The notes: generated by a model not told the origin, from the sequence alone. Shown: positions 21,666-35,298, numbered from the stretch's first letter. The stretch is DNA of 64,000 nt from Eledone cirrhosa (GCA_964016885.1 OZ024743.1:369830001-369894000); one strand, 5' to 3'. Numbers and translations: made by a program.

Positions 21666-23961
21666 CCTGAGATGCTATAGGCCATGATGGCCCCTTCACA
21701 ACTCATATTTATTCTTTACCCTTGTCTTTGGCAAGTATGACTGTCTCTAACTGTCTCTACAAAGTCAACCACTCCCTTCGAAATCCTAACATTTCGCCTT
21801 GTCCTCGTATCGGTTTATTTCGCCGAAATAACCTGAGATACTCTGAGATGCTATAGGCCATGATGGCTACCTATCTACTCCCGCCCTCTCTCTTACATTA
21901 TCTCAGAACGTATTTCATCCAGGATCGATATTTCTCCTTTCATGGCCTATAGCATCTCAGGAATGAGGTTATTTATGCAGCAACAACGGTAATAGAAAGG
22001 AAATGGGGATTAAAGATAACACGAAAAGGATACACCCTGGAAGATAAAAATTGAGAAAGAAATTGAAATAATGAAAGGAGAAATATCGATCCTCATGCGA
22101 TACATCATAGAGAGGGTAGGGTGTAAACCTGGCTTCGGTGGGGCACTGATCAATTTAGATCAATCGAAAGCATTCGATAGGGTCGACCATCGGTATCTGG
22201 AGTTTGTCCTCAAAGCAGCTGGCTTCGGCCCTGTCTTCAGAAGCTGGATCGCTGCAATGCACAGCAGCACACGCTCGGTGGTCAAGGTTAATGGCCACCT
22301 CTCGGAACCATTTCGGCTCTCCCGATCGGTCCGTCAAGGGTGCCTTCTTTCTTCCCTTCTGTACGTATTGACTCTCGAGCCTTTACTGCGGAAGCTGGAG
22401 CTGTTGCAGGGCATCCCGCTCAAACCGAGACGTGGAAAGGCGGTGTCGGCTTATGCGGACGACATCACCGTTATGGTGTCGAACACCTCAGAAATCGAGG
22501 TGGTCGGCACCTTATTGAAGGAATATGAAAGGTTGACAGGAGCCAAACTTAACCCGGAAAAGTCGGTGGGCTTGCAGCTCAGAACCTGGAGAGGCAAGCC
22601 CATGCCGTCCAACAGCGTCGTGGGGCGCTGGACGGACGGACCGGTAAAGTTGCTCGGACCAGACCTCCACGTGGAAAAGAATTGGGACGAGGTAACGAGC
22701 AGAGTAGCTAGTCTCACCCAATAATGGGCTGGGAGGAAGCTATCACTGAAAGGTCGCGCGGAGGTGGCGAATGCGTACATCGCGTCCGTCATCTACTACC
22801 GCCTGGCCGTCGTGCCCTGCCCCCGTCCGCGCCTCGTCAAGTTGGAACGGCTCCTCTTCAAATTCTTGTGGAGGAGACAAGTTCCGTTGGTGAGGTGGTC
22901 CATCTGCTGCCAGCACCCTCTACGTGGAGGGCTGGGCATGCCGTGGCTAATGATGCGCAGGAATGCATTAAGGCTGCGACATCTCCAGATATTCTGCCTC
23001 AACGGTGAACAGGTGTGGTCGCCGTTTATCAGACGGGCCTTTCCGCAGCTCATTTCTTTGACTTAGTTGCAGTCCTGGGTCAAGAAGAAACCGAGACTGT
23101 GTGACTGGCACCTGGAATGTTGCCAGGCACTCACTGCCCTCTACCAAGCGGGCAATGTGATCAGTGGAACTTCCACTCTCGAGTTCTATAGAGGATTAGT
23201 GGTGAGCAAGTGCAATGACGCACTCGGAGAAGCTTTGGGCCTCGACGAAGTCGAACTGACCAGTCTGTACCGGAGGACTTTCTAGCCGGGGACGATGGAC
23301 AATTTCCAGAAATCCCTCGCTTGGCAGTGCTACGGGGGGGGGGGGGGGGGGCACTCCCGGTTAGGGATAAACTCTACAGGCACGGAAGTGCTGTCAGACG
23401 GACCTGCTCAAGATGCGCACAGAACCACAAAACCGTTCTGCACGCACTTGTCCAATGTCCGTGCATTACTGACTTGTGGAGTTATGTCGAACAGATACTG
23501 TCGCGTGTGGAACGAATTCGGCTATCGGCCGAGTCCATAGTGAAGATCGACCCGCCGCCTTTCTTAGGTCAGGAAGAGCAGGAAATTTTCCTGTCTGGTG
23601 GCAGTTGCGAAAGAGGTTATATGGTGGACCAGGTTAAAAGGACTGAAGACAGACACTTTTCTCTTCGGCCAATCCCTCATCAACTTCTTCAAGTTTCACC
23701 TGGAAAGGAAGGTGAGGGTGGAGAGAGAAGTGCTGCCCCCCAGTACATTTGCTAAAAGGTGGATGAATGTGGCGAGAATGGCCCGTGTGAATGGGCCTAC
23801 TCTGACCATGCGCATATAGGCTAGCTAACTTGAGGAGAGGGGTGCTCTCTCTGGGTGACCTAGAAGCGCAGCGTGGTTCAGGATTGGTGGGATACCCGAG
23901 TCACCCCAGGGTCGTCCACCCCCTATCGGGGAATTTATTTTGTTATATTTATGCATAGTTT

Positions 23962-24432
23962 TGTACAGCCACCGTAAATAACATCTGTGAAATATACAGC
24001 GCCATCTTACTGTTAGCTAGCTACCTCAACGTGAAACAAAAGAACCCTTAAAAGCTCCCAGAATAAACGCCTACGCAGCGGCTAAACATCAAACGATTAT
24101 TTCTGTATAAATAGAGTGGTTCCAAACACTTCGCCAGTCGACTTTTGGCAGAGTCAGCTAGCGCATCGTTGTTCCTTTACTCTGCCACGCTTTGTCACTC
24201 ACACACGCCTTGTACCTCGTATCGTCGCTTCATGTGAAAATAAATAGCTGATCGAATGTACATCTCGCCTTGCTTCGTCCTTTCAACTTGTGCTTTCGTC
24301 TGTCCATCCTCAACAGTTCTTTTAAGGGATATCTTCAGATCTGATCAGACTGTATGCGATAAAAGTCCCTCTAAGGGCTATTCTCGGATCTGATCAGAAG
24401 TAGTGACCAGACTGACTAACCACAGCGCTACA
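23962..24432 (+). repeat. 5' LTR
   Basis: About 14 mismatches to the 3' LTR by manual count; TATAAAT and AATAAA inside. Confidence 0.95.
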
Positions 24433-24434
24433 AT

Positions 24435-24452
24435 TAGTGACCCGAACGTGAG
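24435..24452 (+). promoter_or_regulatory. Primer-binding site, tRNA-Trp-like (degenerate)
   Basis: TAGTGACCCGAACGTGAG versus canonical TGGTGACCCCGACGTGAT, directly after the LTR. Confidence 0.6.
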
Positions 24453-24491
24453 TCGAACGCGCAACCAGACAGCACCTAAGAAAATATCAAC

Positions 24492-27400
24492 ATGGACATG
24501 TCACAAACGACAGAGGCCGAGATCTCAGAGCTGCGGGCTATGATCAGGGAGCGGGCTGGTCAAATTAAAGCCCTCTCGAATCAAGTAGAGAACTTGACCT
24601 TTCAAACACACCGGCGACGCAGTAACAGTCGATCCAGGTCTTTTCACAGTCGAGGATCCAGTAGTCACAGTCAAAATCGTGTGCCTGGCAACCTCTGCTG
24701 GTATCACTCAAATTTCGGCGCACGGGCATCTAAGTGCAAAGCCCCGTGCTCTTTCCAAAATACCACCCAGGGCCTAGCGACGACGCTCAACCCTGGTACT
24801 GAAAAGAAAAGTCTATTTTTTATTAACGACCAGGCGCCAGGCATCCGTTACCTCGTGGATACAGGAGCCCAGGTTAGTGTTATTCCTGTTTCACTAATCT
24901 CGGGCAAAAGACACCCAACCTCGTCTTTTCTGCAGGCAGTGAACCGATCGTCAATTCCGACTTTCGGGGAAAAATCACTGACACTCAATTTAGGCCTGAG
25001 GCGGCGGCGTTATCAATGGGTGTTCGTCGTGGCAGACCTGCCGACCCCTATCCTAGGAGCCGATTTTATCCACCACTTCAACCTTCTGGTGGACATGAAG
25101 AACCGGAGGCTTATTGACACCACCACAAACCTCACTGTGAGAGGTATATTTACCACGCAATCCACAGTGAACCCTGTAATTTGCCAGTCAGAGCCTTCGC
25201 GGTACAACGGCATTCTCCAGAAATACCCAGACATCACTCGCCCGGTATTTAAGGATGGTCATATTAAGCATAGTGTCACGCACCACATCGAAACAAGGGG
25301 ACCACCCACAGCTTCCCGACCAAGGAGACTGCCTCCAGACCGATTGAGAATCGACAAGCAGGAGTTCCAACACATGCTGGATCTCGGAATCATTCGCCCT
25401 TCCTCCAGCGACTGGTCTGCACCCCTACACCTTGTTCCTAAAAAAACGAGAATGATTGGCGACCATGTGGGGATTATCGTGCACTTAACAATTCTACAAT
25501 GCCCGATAATTACCCTGTACCTCACCTGCACGATTTTTCTGCCTCTCTGCAAGGCGCACGCATCTTTTCCAAGGTAGATTTGTTGCGTGCATACAACCAG
25601 ATACCTATGGAGCCTGCAGACATTCCGAAGACCGCAATCACAACACCGTTCGGTTTATTCGAATTCCTGCGAATGCCGTTCGGTCTGCGCAACGCTGCAC
25701 AAACTTTTCAGCGGTTTATTGACACCGTGTTACGCGATCTACCCTTCGTATACGCGTATATTGACGACGTGCTGGTAGCAAGTACTTCCGAGTATGAACA
25801 CGAGAAGCACTTAGATTTCCTTTTCCGACGTTTGGCTGAGTACGGTATCATCATCAACCCCAGCAAGTGCCTTCTCGGCGTTCCTTCACTGTCCTTTCTC
25901 GGGCACATCATCGACAAAGACGGCATTCGTCCACTTCCCGAGAAAGTAGAAGCTATCCGCAGTTTTCCTGCACCTACATCACTTCGAAAACTGCGTGAAT
26001 TCCTCGGTCTGGTGAATTTTTATAGGCGGTTCATCCCTCATTGTTCCGACGCAGTCAAACTCCTCACGGACCTTCTTCGTAACCGGACTCGCAAAAACGA
26101 AGAGATCACCCTAAACGAGGAAGAATTAACATCTTTTAACCGCCTGAAGGAAATGTTGGCAAACGCTTCGATGCTCGTTTTCCCCAGGTCTGGCGCTCCT
26201 CTTTCGCTGCTAGTGGACGCATCAGACACGGGGGTTGGAGGCGTTCTACAACAACATGTCGACGACGTGTGGAAACCCTTATCCTTCTTTTCTAAGCGGT
26301 TGCAACCGGCAGAAACGAAATACAGTACCTTTGGCCGCGAACTCTTGGCAACCTATCTTTCGGTTAAGCATTTTCGGCACATGCTCGAAGGATCAGATTT
26401 CGTGATCTACACGGACCATAAGCCATTAGTTTATGCGTTCCGTACCAAACCTGATCGACATTCACCGAGAGAACTCCGACACCTGGATTTTGTCTCCCAA
26501 TATTCAACTGATATTCGGCATATCAAGGGATCAGACAACGTAGCAGCCGACGCCCTGTCCCGAATCCAGCTGAACGCAATACATGTGCATTCAGGCATCG
26601 ACCTTCAACAGATCGCAGCTGACCAAGAGACTGACGAAGAGTTTATCAAGCTCCGAGATTCGCCATTCCTCAAGTTTCAGCAAGTTCCCATTCCTTCTTC
26701 TCCGGGACAAATTTGGTGCGACCTTTCTACCGGTCATGAACGACCGTACGTACCACAGATGCATCGTCGACAAGTTTTTTCTGCTTTACACTGCTTGTCT
26801 CACCCGGGAATCCGGGCTACACAGAAACTCATCTCTGCTCGTTTTGTGTGGACTAACATTAACAAGGACATGCGCGACTGGTCCAGGAGCTGCATTGCCT
26901 GCCAGAAAGCCAAAGTCCACAGACACATCAAAACTCCACTCGGCACATTCGCGCAACCTGATGCACGTTTTCATCATGTGCATACCGACATCGTCGGACC
27001 TCTACCACCATCACAGAACTACACACACTTGCTCACCTGCATAGATCGATTTTCTCGTTGGCCTGAGGCTTTTCCCATAAATGATACCTCAGCGGAAACA
27101 GTCGCTAAAACTTTGGTTTTACACTGGGTATCACGTTATGGCGCCCCAGCGAAGATAACAACGGACAGAGGACGCCAGTTTGACTCCCACCTCTTCAGGG
27201 AACTGACTCGCCTGTTAGGATGTAAACACATCCGCACGACAGCTTATCACCCGCAAGCTAATGGTCTCGTGGAAAGATTCCATCGCCAATTGAAAGCTGC
27301 AATAAAAGCATATCCAGACAAGACACACTGGTTTGAATACCTTCCACTCATCCTTCTGGGCATTCGATCCACCGTTAAGGAGGAATCCGGACACACACCT

Positions 27401-27883
27401 GCAGAATTAGTGTACGGCACCACCCTGGTTCTACCTGGTCAGATGGTTGCTCCCATCTCTCCTCAGGATGTTCCAGACCCAGGATCATACGTACACCGTC
27501 TTCGACAATATATGTCTCACCTTGCTCCTGCAAGCACCCGTCAACAGAACACGGCCACACACGTACCTTCAGACATTAAAGATTGGACACACGTTTTCGT
27601 TCGAAACGACACCATCTCAGCTCATCTTCGACCTCCATATTCTGGCCTTTATCGTGTTCTAAAAAAATATCCGAAATATTTTATTCTCGATCTAGATGGT
27701 AAACAGAATTCTGTCAGCGTGGACAGATTAAAAAAAGCCACCATGGATACTGTTACAGTCTCTACACCAGAAACTCAAACAGATTGCTGTCCCAGCGAGC
27801 CACCTGTTTCATCTCTAGTCACGAGAAGCGGACGACGCGTCCATTGGCCCGCAAATTTGGCACAATATGTGAATTACCGTTAA
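24492..27883 (+). pseudogene. Gypsy gag remnant + pol (protease, RT, RNase H, integrase), one frameshift near 25440
   Basis: CWYHSNFGARASKC (gag end), LVDTGA, ILGADF, YIDD, VDASD..TDHKPL..ADALSR, HPG..CIAC, DIVGP/TDRG/ERFH. Confidence 0.92.
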
Positions 27884-28426
27884 CCTCAAGTGCGTTTCTT
27901 AATCAGTCTTCGTGCAAAACATTTCCATTTTTCTTGTGTTTACTATTTCCAGTTTCAAATACAATGAACTATCTGCTTGACCAATTGCAATTTTTAGTGA
28001 CCATGTGCTCATGTCACGAAGAACATTATTTATAATGAACATTATTTATTACAAACTCTATTTAAGAACAAACATTGTGTATATCATTGTGTATAACATT
28101 TTTTTTTTCTTCTCTCTCTTGTTTTGCAAAATTTTTTATTTTTCTTGTTCTGTAACATTGATTGTGTAATTGCCATAACTTTTATATACATACAAGCCGT
28201 GTACATATCCTGTTTTTCATGCACACTACAAAACCACGTTTGTTTCACCTTTTGGTTCATACACTGAGCAATAGATATTTGTGTCCCTCTAACTCATAAA
28301 ATTGATCACAAAATTTCATAACGTGCTGGACACTTCTGGGGCTATTGTCATGATAAATGCACCACTGGCCCATTACTATACGATATTTCGCTCTTTTGTT
28401 GTACAAAAGATCTGACAGGGGGCTAA

Positions 28427-28897
28427 TGTACAGCCACCGGAAATAACATCTGTGAAATATACAGCGCCATCTCCCTGTTAGCTAGCTACCTCAAAGTGAA
28501 ACAAAAGAACCCTTAAAAGCTACCAGAATAAACGCCTACACAACGGCTAAACATCAAACGATTATTTCTGTATAAATAGAGTGGTTCCAAACACTTCGCT
28601 AGTCGACTTTTGGCAGAGTCAGCTAGCGCATCGTTGTTCCTTTACTCTGCCACGCTTTGTCACTCACACACGCCTTGTACCTCGTATCGTCGCTTCATGT
28701 GAAAATAAATAGCTGATCGAATGTACATCTCGCCTTGCTTCGTCCTTTCAACTTGTGCTTTTGTCTGTCCATCCTCAACAGTTTTTTTAAGGGATATCTT
28801 CAGATCTGATCAGACTGTATGCGATAACAGTCCTTCTAAGGGCTATTCTCGGATCTGATCAGAAGTAGTGACCAGACTGACTAACCTCGGCGCTACA
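28427..28897 (+). repeat. 3' LTR
   Basis: Preceded by purine tract AGGGGG(CTAA); copy of 23962-24432. Confidence 0.95.
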
Positions 28898-29049
28898 GTT
28901 TATTTTCTATTTTTATATCTTCATTGTTAAATTAGTCTTGCCATTGTGCACTTTTACTCGACCTTATTGTAAACCCCCACTGTCCCTGTCTTTGTATTGT
29001 CCCATACATGTCGGCCCTTGTGGCTAATAAATGAAATCATTATTATTAT

Positions 29050-29380
29050 TGTTGTATTTATCATTTCGCTGGCCCCTTCACAACACATTTATTCTTTACC
29101 CTTGTCTTTGGTCAGTATGACTGTCTCTACGAAGTCATCTACTCCCTTCCTCTCTCTTACATTATTATTACTGTTGTATTTATCATTTCGCTGGCCCCTT
29201 CACAACACATATTTATTCTTTACCCTTGTTTTGGCCAGTATGATTGTCTCTAACTGTCTCTACAAAATCAACTACTCCCTTCGAAATCCTAACATTTTGC
29301 CTTGTCTAATATAGGTACTCGTAGCGGTTTATTTCGCCAAAATACCCTGAGATGCTATAGACCATGATGGCTACCTATCT
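29050..29380. repeat. Locally duplicated segments also present at 21687-21901
   Basis: GGCCCCTTCACAAC..TTTATTCTTTACCCTTGT occurs at 21689, 29072 and 29194; CCTGAGATGCTATAG(G/A)CCATGATGG at 21667, 21843 (variant) and 29347. Confidence 0.85.
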
Positions 29381-29589
29381 CACGATTTCCCTCCCTCTCA
29401 CCAGAGCCTATTCGACCAATCAAACCTCAGCATGTCCCCTCCCCACCCATTACCAACCCCAACAAACTCTGCCATTACTACTACTACTACTACCTCTCTC
29501 CTCACACGTCCCAGCCCCAACAAACCCTGCCATTATTACCACCACCACTGTTCTTCTAGCCCTGAATTCTCCTACCGTTATGTATGGAT

Positions 29590-32500
29590 GAGCTGAGAAT
29601 AAATGGAGCAACCCCGAATTAATAAATGAAAATGAATATGAATCCGCGAGCTACCAAGCACCAATGCGAGGCTTCAATTCAGAGACAGGAAGCATACACA
29701 CACCCCTGCAAAACTTTACCCTTTCCCTCGAATGTTGACAAATGCCCAAAACTCTGAGTTGGTACCATCAATGTAGGCACAATGAAAGGAAGAGCAGGAG
29801 AAATCGTAGATATGCTAGAGCGAAAGGAAATTGATGTATGCTGTGTGCAAGAGACTAGATAGAGAGGAGAGTCTGCTAGAGTCCTTGTAGGCAAAAGGCA
29901 GTGATACACATTTTTCTGGGTGAGAAATGACGATGGGATGGGTGGTGTAAGTATCCTACTAGCTGACAAATGGTGAATGCAGGAATCATTAAACTCAGAC
30001 TAGTCCTGAATAAAAAAATTACCACAATAATATCAGCTTACGCACCCCAATCGAGGTTGCCAGACGAACTTAAAGATAGGTTTTACGAGTCCCTAATGCA
30101 CACTACTGCTCTAACAAACAACAATGACTTCCTAATCATTGCAGGAGATTTTAACGGATACGTAGGTAAACACCGTGATGGCTTCTATAGAGTCCATGGA
30201 GGTGGCACAAGAAATGAAGAAGGCTTCAGGCTTCTAGAATTCTGCGACGCCATTGACATGTTGATATGTAACACAAACTTCAAAAAACCCGATAACCACC
30301 TGATCACCTATAGATCAGGGGAGCACTCTAGTTAGATAGATTTTATCCTCATCAGAGGACGTGACAGATGGACGATCGTAAACACAAAAGCCTTCCCTAG
30401 TGAGGAATGTACCTCCCAACATAACTTAGTTGTCAGCGACCTCACGGTCAGAACTAGACGAACCTGGAAACAGAAGCCAACCTGGAGAAGAAAGATCTGG
30501 AAGCTGAAAGACTCCTCAGCCAGTAACAGATTTAAAGATATTTTACTCAACGCCTATGACAGTAAAGAAGAACAGATAGAAACATTCAATGTAGAAGAGA
30601 TCTGGGAGTTCCTAAAAAATAACTTACTAAAGGCGACGGATGAGATCTGTGGCTGGAGTAAGACCTCAAGCAGGAGGAGAGTGACTTGGTGGTGGAACAA
30701 TAAGGTAGATGAGGCAGTTAAGGCTAAGAGACAGGCATGGAAAGAATGGAAGAACGGGGGAAGCAGGGTACATTACATAGAGATCAGGAGGGAAGCTAGG
30801 CGACAAGTATACTTAGCTAGGAGGGAAGCAGAGGATAGAAAATTCATGCATGTTTTGCAACGTGAGGACTAGAAACAGGAGGTGTTCAAGATTGCGAGGC
30901 AGTGTGTCAGAGAGAATTGTGATGTCATTGGAGAGAAGTGTATCCGGAATGATAAAGGTGAGCTTGCCCTCACAAGTGCTGAGAAGAAAGATGCGTGGAA
31001 GAACCATTATGATAGATTACTAAATGAGGAGAATGCATGGGAAGAAGAGACCCTACCCCAAGTAGACCCTATAGAGGGGCCAGCAGTACAAATCAGTAGC
31101 AGCATAGTAAGTAAGGAAATCAAAGATATGAAGATGGGGAAGGCAACCGGTCCATCGGGTATAGCTGCCGAGATGCTGAAAGCATCTGGGTCGGTAGGTC
31201 ACACCATAACCACACGTATTGTTAACCAGGTAATACTAGAAGGTGTCATACTAAAGGATTGGTGCAGTAGCATCATTGTCAACTGCTACAAAGGTAAAGG
31301 TGATGCACAAGATAGATGAAACTATAGAGGTATAAAGCTGATGGACTAGGTCATGAAAGTAACAGAAAGAGTTATAGCATAGTTGATTAGGGCCCGGGTG
31401 AAACTAGATGAGATGCAATTTGGGTGTGTGCCCTCTTCCTTCTGAGGCAGTTACAGGAAAAGTACCTAGCTAAAGGTAAGCCGCTCTACCGGGAATTCGT
31501 CGATCTCGAGAAAGCCTTTGACAGAATTCCCCATGCTGTAATCTGGTGGACTCTAAGAAAACTAGGAGTAGATGAATGGGTTGTGAAAGCTGTACAAGCC
31601 ATGTATAGGGAAGCAGTCAGCAAAGTTAGGATTAGCAATGACTATTGTGAGGAATTTAGCATACAAGTCGGTGTCCACCAAGGCTCTGTTCTTAGCCCTC
31701 TCCTATTCATCATAATTCTGCAGGCAATAACGGAGGAGTTTAAGACCGGATGCCCATGGGAACTCCTGTATGCAGATGACCTCGCACTTACAGCTGAATC
31801 TATGGTAGAACTAGAGAAGAAATTCCAAACTTGGAACCAGGGACGAGAAAGAAAGGGTCTCAATATCAACCTGACAAAGACTAAGGTCCTTGTAAATAGA
31901 CGAGAAAACAGAACCCAGATCCCCTCAGGGAAATGGCCTTGCTCAGTATGTAGGAAAGGTGTAGGTAGGAACTCCATTCTCTGCCCCAAATGCAAACAAT
32001 GGGTACACAAGAGATGTAGCGGGATCTCAGGAAGCTTAACTAAGAATGTAGGCTTCACATGTAGCAGCTGTGCTGGGACAGCAAGCAGCAACAACCACAG
32101 GAAATAAGTACCACCAAACTCTGGGAGGGCTCTGTAGAAACAGTAGACAGCTTCTGCTACCTAGGTGACCGAATTAGCAGCGGAGGTGGGTGTTCGGAAA
32201 GTACAATAACTAGGGTAAGAACTGGATGGAAGAAGTTCGGTGAGCTACTACCACTGCTAGCTGCAAAAGGCTTTTCCCTCAAAATGAAAGGCAGACTGTA
32301 TGATGCGTGTATACGAACAGCAATGTTACATGGTAGTGACACCTGGGCGCTGTCTGTGGAAGACTTGCGTAGATTAGAAAGAAACGAAGCCTGCGTGCTC
32401 CGATGGATGCGTAATAGTAATATACGCGAACGACAAAGCATAAATGAATTGAGAGAGAAACTGAGCATCAGAGGAATCAAATGCTGTGTGCAGGAGAGGC

Positions 32501-33051
32501 GGTTGCGTTGGTATGGACACGTGATGCGTATGAAGGATGACAGCTGCATAAAAAGGTGCAGAACACTAGAAGTCGATGGAAACCACGGAGTGGGGAGACC
32601 CAAGAAGATCTGGGATGAGGTGATAAAAGCCGACCTTACCCAATTACACCTCTCAAAGGCGATGTCACATGACCGTGACCTCTGGCATCACGCAGTAATA
32701 CAGAAGACCCGACCCCCCACTGGAACAAGCCAAAGCTGAAGTATATAGACAATATGCCCCCCACGTCCTTCCACTGCAAAGTGGTCGTAGAGGTGCCATG
32801 GCAAAAAAGCACCCAGCTCACACTGTAAAGTGGACGTGTAGGTGCCACGGAAAAAAGCACACAGCACTCACTGTAAATGAGGTTGGTGTTAGGAAGGGCA
32901 TCCAGCTGTAGAAATCAAGCCAGAATCAGTTCCCGTATGAGCAAGGCATGGTCAGTCGACCGGACACTGCCCATAACAAGACAACCCGTGTAACCTATGC
33001 TAGCGTGGAAGAACGGACGTAAAATGGCGATGATGATGATGATGATGATGA
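29590..33051 (+). mobile_element. RTE-clade LINE, near full-length, many stops; 5' boundary approximate
   Basis: LRVGTINVGT..VQETR, AYAPQ, GDFNG (APE); DLEKAFD, GVHQGSVLSP, LLYADDL (RT); PHD-like Cys cluster; RRLRWYGHV, GRPKKIW; (GAT)n tail. Confidence 0.92.
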
Positions 33052-33980
33052 TTCAGTTCTGATATATCAGGCTCAATCTCTTCAATTATTGCTTTAACTG
33101 ACTGATTTCCGGTTCTTATGTGTCTTTTCTTCTAGGTTGTCAACTTTTGCAATGACTCTCTTTCACCCATACTAATGTTGTTTTTGTTTTATTTTTCCTA
33201 GTTCATTGAGAATTTCTTGTTTTGTTTCATCTATCTGATCTTTATGTTCATGAGTAGAAATACCCTCAACCAGATTGTAAATCTGTCCTTCAGCTAGATC
33301 CTGCTCTGTTGTGTTTCTGATACCCTCAATATGTTTCGTGGTGTCTCTTCTTTCACATATTCATTTCTGTTTCTTTCTGATCTTCTTAATTTCATTTAAC
33401 TCTGCATTTGTCAGTCTCTTGTTTCTAAGAATATCTCTTTTCAGATTTGCAAGTTTGTTTTCGTCCAGGTTTGGTCTCATTTGGGGATTTCTTTCCCTTT
33501 GTACCCTAAAAGAATTCACTGTGTTTTTTGATTCTAATGGTTTGCCCAATGAGTGATAGAATGTGTATATTTCTTCTTTATACCCTTCTCGAGTCTATTT
33601 GATACATTAAGTCTTTTCTTTGTGGTGCTGAACTTGAAGGGCTTGGGCTGATATTATTTACGTTCAAGTGACCATTCAAGTCCATATTTGGAGAAGAGCT
33701 CGTTTCAGTTGCAGAACTTTAGATCCTAAGTTGATTTCTCCCTGACGGACACGGCCCTTGTTGATCTGGGTGACGACCGATCTGGTATGTGGTTTTCTTT
33801 GGAGATACTGTCAGGCTTTTTTTTTGTTTCTTTATGTGCTTTATTCTTCTCTGCCAAGGGGTAATTTTGTTCAAGATACCAACTCTAGGATGATTATCAA
33901 CCAAGATTAGTAAGCTTGTCCTACCTGTGAGAGACAGCTACTCCTCAGTCAGTTATTTCTTGGTCCCGGGTTTTATTATT
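33052..33980 (-). mobile_element. N-terminal fragment of R4/Dong-type LINE
   Basis: RERNPQMRPNLDENKLANLKRDILRNKRLTNAELNEIKK resembles the N-terminal region of R4-type ORFs. Confidence 0.55.
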
Positions 33981-34150
33981 GGTGCTGTCTTTCATGTTTT
34001 CTTCATATAAATTTTTTGTGGTTAATAAAGAAATCAGTACCACCACCATCATTATCAATTATTATTATTAACACCATTATTATTGCTGTTGTTATTACTC
34101 TCTGTAGTTTTGTTGTTATCATTGTTGTTACATTCTAATGTTATTATTAT

Positions 34151-34692
34151 TTAGTTAAGGGCAATCATCAACAACAAGTGGTGGTATGTCTTGGAAAGGG
34201 CGATTACAGTAGAATTGAAATGGTTAGCAAAGCAGTAGCAATAGAGAAAACTAGAGTAGAGGGAGATCTAGTTAAAAAACTAGAAGAGGTGATTAGCAAA
34301 GGCATCGCGACCGATGTTCTTTCAGTGAGATTGGTCCTGCACCAATTCTTCAATGCTAATCATGAAGACTGCATGGTCAGAGCTATGGCAACAAAGTCAC
34401 AAGCCAATCTTTGGCTCACCACGACGGGCACATGTTATACGATCCCAATCAGATGTGTATGGCTTTTCAGCAACACTTCACCCAACTGGTTGGGAGCAGC
34501 AGCAGGCTGGATTGCAAGATAAACTTCATTGCCCATCTTGACAGCCTGAAATGGCTACCGGTGATGGAGATGGAGTGTTGCAAAAAGCCAATAACAGCCA
34601 CTGAAATATGGGAGGCAATGACCGATTGCATGTAAATCACCCAGTTTGGATGGTCTGCCCTTTCGAGCTTTACATCAACATGCTAGACTTGC
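34151..34692 (+). mobile_element. Degenerate Tx1 ORF2 fragment
   Basis: Aligns to 4008-4632 (NNKWW..EGDLVKKL..KPITATEI..GLDGLP). Preceded by TTATTATTAT and, at about 34015-34035, a Tx1 3'-end remnant TTGTGGTTAATAAAGAAATC. Confidence 0.8.
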
Positions 34693-35210
34693 TTTATATT
34701 TGAAGTTGGTAGTGGTGATTTCGTTTAGCTCCAAGTCAGTCCTGATCAAGGAAACCTCCAATCAAACATTCTCCAGCAGTGAAACCTATCTTTTATTTTC
34801 ATTGTAATTAGGGCTACATTATTTATGAGTCTGTTTGTATTTTAATATGGTAGTGCGTGATTTTAGTTAAATTTTATTGTTTTTTTTCTATCAGGTAAAA
34901 CCACCCTGTAGAGGCTCTCACCACTCTGTAGAGGCTTAACATTTTTTAAAAAGACAGAATTAGAGGTCAATGATTAAAGCATTCATCTGGCATTTCTGTC
35001 AACTTTGTTCTGTTTCCAGGGATACTTTAAACAATTTTCTCAACTATTGTTTATATTGATTGAATAATATTATTGTGGCTGCATTAGAATGAGTTTATTT
35101 CAAATCAACAATTTTCCCAATGCTTCAACCAGATAATTATGAAATTAATTGCTTGCTCATTGAATTACTGTTTCAGTATTTGTTGATTTCTTTGTTTTGT
35201 TTTTGTTTAG

Positions 35211-35298
35211 AAATCCTGAAAGATTTAATAAAAAACTGTAATTTCCAAAAGTCACATGCAGATGATGTTATAATAAAGCAAGGAGATAAAGGTGATGC
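35211..35298 (+). CDS. Host exon: cyclic-nucleotide-binding (cNMP) domain protein
   Basis: Polypyrimidine tract + TTTAG acceptor, GTAAGT donor, 88 nt; ILKDLIKNCNFQKSHADDVIIKQGDKGD fits the CNB IIxQGDxGD motif. Confidence 0.8.

Larger units (their letters stand above)
23962..28897 (+). mobile_element. Ty3/Gypsy LTR retrotransposon with internally deleted gag
   Basis: 471-bp TGTA..TACA LTRs, 4-bp TSD GTTT (23958-23961 and 28898-28901), PBS, PPT, domain order PR-RT-RH-IN. Confidence 0.96.
22093..29050 (+). mobile_element. Tx1 copy 3, 5'-truncated in RT, 3'UTR interrupted by a Gypsy element
   Basis: DQSKAFDRV, QGCLLS, YADD, CSRC..HALVQC; ORF2 ends at 23819. 3'UTR resumes at 28902 and ends CCCTTGTGGCTAATAAATGAAATC(ATT)n. 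Confidence 0.9.

Noticed and set aside
25435-25450. Programmed -1 frameshift in Gypsy pol
   Set aside because: The shift falls in an A7 run inside the conserved RT motif [12 protein letters not shown]. Adding one A restores the frame, so a mutation or homopolymer sequencing error is more likely.
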